NCBI RefSeq assembly: GCF_001194135.2
Contig: NC_068997.1
Coordinates: forward strand, 38,794,034 to 38,858,033
DNA from: Octopus bimaculoides
Lineage: Eukaryota
Reading direction: 5' to 3'
DNA length: 64,000 nt
Shown piece after piece: positions 61,680 through 64,000 of this stretch. Each line of letters opens with the position of its first letter. Position 1 is the first letter of the stretch. The notes beneath the pieces are model-generated. The model ran no database searches. It worked only from the letters and a program-made list of their open reading frames with translations, and was not told where the DNA came from. The position numbers were made by a program, and so were the translations under genes.

Positions 61680-61866
61680 CTATGACGCTCCCTCACTGCT
61701 CCTGCTTGTAATCAGAGCTGCATATATCGTCAGCCACTAAGGGACATGGAACTGTAAGCAATTGACAAGCATCTGACTAGCAAATCCATGTATGTACATG
61801 ATAGCATTTCCAATCAGTTAAGATCAGAAGCCTTGAGAGCCACTGCCTGCTACTGCATCAGGGCAC
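61680..61866 (-). mobile_element. Dispersed SINE-like repeat
   Basis: Minus strand GTGCCCTGATGCAGTAGCAGGCAGTGGCTCTCAAGGCTTCTGATCTTAACTGATTGGAA resembles an RNA-derived head. Single copy in this window. Confidence 0.4.
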
Positions 61867-61867
61867 T

Positions 61868-62487
61868 TATTATTATTCAGTAGTCTTACTTTTATCACGT
61901 GCTTTCCACTGCAATACTGAGCGCAGCTCTGTGTGCCTTGGGTATGTGCTGTGGTTTGTTGTGATGCTCTTATTTTTACTGCATTGAAAGTGTTTTACGT
62001 AGGATGTGTGCGGTGCTTAGGAGTGTTATCTTCCGTATGTTATATATACTTGTTAGTCCTGGTCTTTTTGTTATGTATTTGTCTGAATATTTTTTTTCAA
62101 TCATACCTAATGCGCCTACTATAATAGGAATTGTTTCTGTTTTTAGACTCCACATTCGAGCTGCCTCTATCTCTAGTATTTGTATTTTGAAAGTTTCTCC
62201 GTTTCTTTTAGAGAAACATTATCATATGTTGGTATAGAAAGCATTTTTTTTCTTGGTAATCTCTGACAACAATATTCGGCAATTGACCTTAATTTATCTA
62301 TCTCTGTGTATTGGCATATCCCAGAGTATGGTTGCTTTCTCATTTTCTGTACCCCTTTCTGGCGTGTGTTTATACCATCTTTTTTATGTTGCTATTCCAT
62401 AGTGCTGGCATAGCTTCCAGTGTATATAGGTCCCAACTCTGTCGTGTCTGTAAATATATTCCTTCTTGGCCAGGACTGGGCAGCCTA
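61868..62487 (-). mobile_element. R4/Dong-clade RLE non-LTR retrotransposon, 5'-truncated, flanked by TAA repeats
   Basis: Minus strand VLAKKEYIYRHDRVGTYIHWKLCQHYGI...WYKHTPE..TENEKATILWDMPIH.DR.IK.N...SIPT.DNVSLKETEKLSKYK...TIPIIVGALGM...GTAHILRKT. The 3' end is TGAATAATAATAA and the 5' junction abuts a long (TAA)n. Confidence 0.88.
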
Positions 62488-62490
62488 TTG

Positions 62491-62552
<62 letters not shown>
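62488..62552. repeat. (TTA)n microsatellite
   Basis: Direct reading. Confidence 0.95.
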
Positions 62553-62864
62553 GAGTGAGAGAGCAGTGCATGCCATCAAAGTGACACTGGGGTAAAACTT
62601 TAACACGAAATAACTTTGAAAATAGAAGCTTTTCTCAACAACACNNNNNNNNNNNNNNNNNNNNNNNNNNNNNNNNNNNNNNNNNNNNNACACTAAGAGT
62701 AAAAGATGTTTTATATGACACATTCTACCAGTTTGAAAATATTTAGTTACAAAAAATTAATTTATCGATCTGCCGTTGAAAGGGAAAAGATCCACCTATT
62801 GTAATAGCGCTTTTGAAATTTCTTCCCCCTCCTCTACCAAATATGGTTGAGAAGGGGAGGATGA

Positions 62865-62975
62865 ATAACACCACTACCAGAACCAGCACCAGCAGCACAA
62901 GTACCACCAGCACCAGCACCAGCATCGGCATCGGCACCACCAGCACCACCAACACCAGCAGCAGCAGCAGCAGCT
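62865..62975. repeat. (ACC/AGC)-rich low-complexity tract
   Basis: Direct reading. Confidence 0.85.
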
Positions 62976-63017
62976 TTTTAAAATCGTCGCCTACACAGAC
63001 CACAAATTTGTGATCTG

Positions 63018-63138
63018 TACATAGGCAAGGACCCAGACTACATAGGAAAGAACCCTACGGTCGACTTACACTACATAGGCAAGGACCCAGACTACATAGG
63101 AAAGAACCCTACGGTCGACTTAGACTACATAGGCAAGG
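63018..63138. repeat. 54-bp tandem repeat (about 2.2 units) at the 5' junction of the L1 fragment
   Basis: TACATAGGCAAGGACCCAGACTACATAGGAAAGAACCCTACGGTCGACTTA(C/G)AC, with starts at 63018, 63072 and 63126. Confidence 0.9.
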
Positions 63139-64000
63139 AAGCTGAATGCATCACTCCCGGCGTGCCAAGCTTACAGTGACCGGATTAGTGAATTAGTTAA
63201 GTGACCATTAACGGGGTCAGTACTTAACAATAAATGGTGGTACGCCCTGAAAAGGGCAATTAGAATAGAATCGATAAGGTTTAGCAAAGCACTAGCGATA
63301 GGAAAAAAGAAGATAGAAGGAAAGTTAGTACTGGACTTAGAAGAGGCGCTTTGGAGAGATATTGCAACGGACGTGCTGACGGCGAGATTGGTCCTCGACC
63401 AATTCTTGAACGCTAAACACGAAGGATGCATTGTCAGAGCTAAGGCACGTGCTCTAAGAAACAAGGGAATTAAAGCCGCTCGATGGGCCTGAGTGGCGGA
63501 GGCTCAACGTGGTAACAAAGTCACAATTCGGTCTTTGGTGGGCCAAAGTGGGCGCACGGTACTTGAGCCCGAGCGGGTGTGTGCGGTATTTCAGGTGCAT
63601 TTCGTCAAACTGTTTGAGATGAATGGTGGGCCGGAACGCAGGATGGACTTTAGTAACTATTTCGGCGGCATGCTACGTTTCTCGGCAGGTGGGGCAAGGC
63701 AATGCGAAGTGACAATAACAGCCGCGGAAATACGAGATGCGATGATAGGCTGCACGAGGGGCAAATCGCCTGGTTTGGCTGGTCTGCTCTACGAATGTTA
63801 CTATTATATGTCAGACTTGTTTGGTGACCTCTTAGCAGATATCTACTGCAACTGGTAGCAGAACGGGAGAATTCCTAGTTCTGTGAGCCGAGGAGTGGTG
63901 GTACTACTGAGAAAAAGCCCAAACAAGGGGTATCAAATAGAAAACTTTTGGCCCGTAACGCTATCGGAACCATTTGGCACCATGCGCTTGGTCCATCAAT
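63134..64000 (+). mobile_element. L1/Tx1-clade LINE ORF2 fragment (end of APE endonuclease to start of RT)
   Basis: KLNAS...KWWYALKRAIR, HEGCIVRAKARAL, TRGKSPGLAGLLYE (KSPG.DG motif), LFGDLLADIY, IPSSVSRGVVVLLRK, ENFWPVTL. In-frame stops present. Confidence 0.88.

Noticed and set aside
1-64000. Fanzor/TnpB, Cas, Polinton/Maverick, Helitron or endogenous viral genes
   Set aside because: No RuvC, pPolB, Rep/helicase or capsid motifs were recognisable in any frame. All long frames are explained by LINE/PLE/mariner remnants or repeats.

Overview
AT-rich, repeat-dense eukaryotic genomic DNA from a draft assembly with many N gaps beside microsatellites. The SINE and MITE families look like those of octopus (Octopus sp.); this is recognition from memory, not a database hit. 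The only host gene I can firmly support is the 3' end of PSMD3/Rpn3 (26S proteasome lid subunit) on the + strand. It appears as a 51-nt exon (25023-25073, AMRFPPKSYNKDLESAE) and the stop-codon exon (46645-46722, ERREREQQELENAKEIADEDFDGFP*), separated by a 21,571-bp intron, with a possible spliced 3'UTR exon near 52.6 kb. The rest is intronic or intergenic DNA filled with decayed mobile elements: several mariner/Tc1 remnants (one nested set), a degenerate Ty3/Gypsy element with all domains recognisable and a short LTR, RTE and L1/Tx1 LINE fragments, four restriction-like-endonuclease (RLE) retrotransposon fragments (HERO-, CRE- and two R4/Dong-like), Penelope-like elements, about four SINE families, TTAA-flanked MITEs and several fold-back elements. 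The most notable signals are a hammerhead-ribozyme-like motif inside an inverted repeat upstream of a Penelope ORF (58555-58660), a Dong-like element bounded by (TAA)n on both sides, and inverted SINE pairs bracketing both PSMD3 exons. No CRISPR array, rRNA or genuine tRNA gene was seen. Repeat boundaries are approximate (tens of bp) unless termini are quoted.
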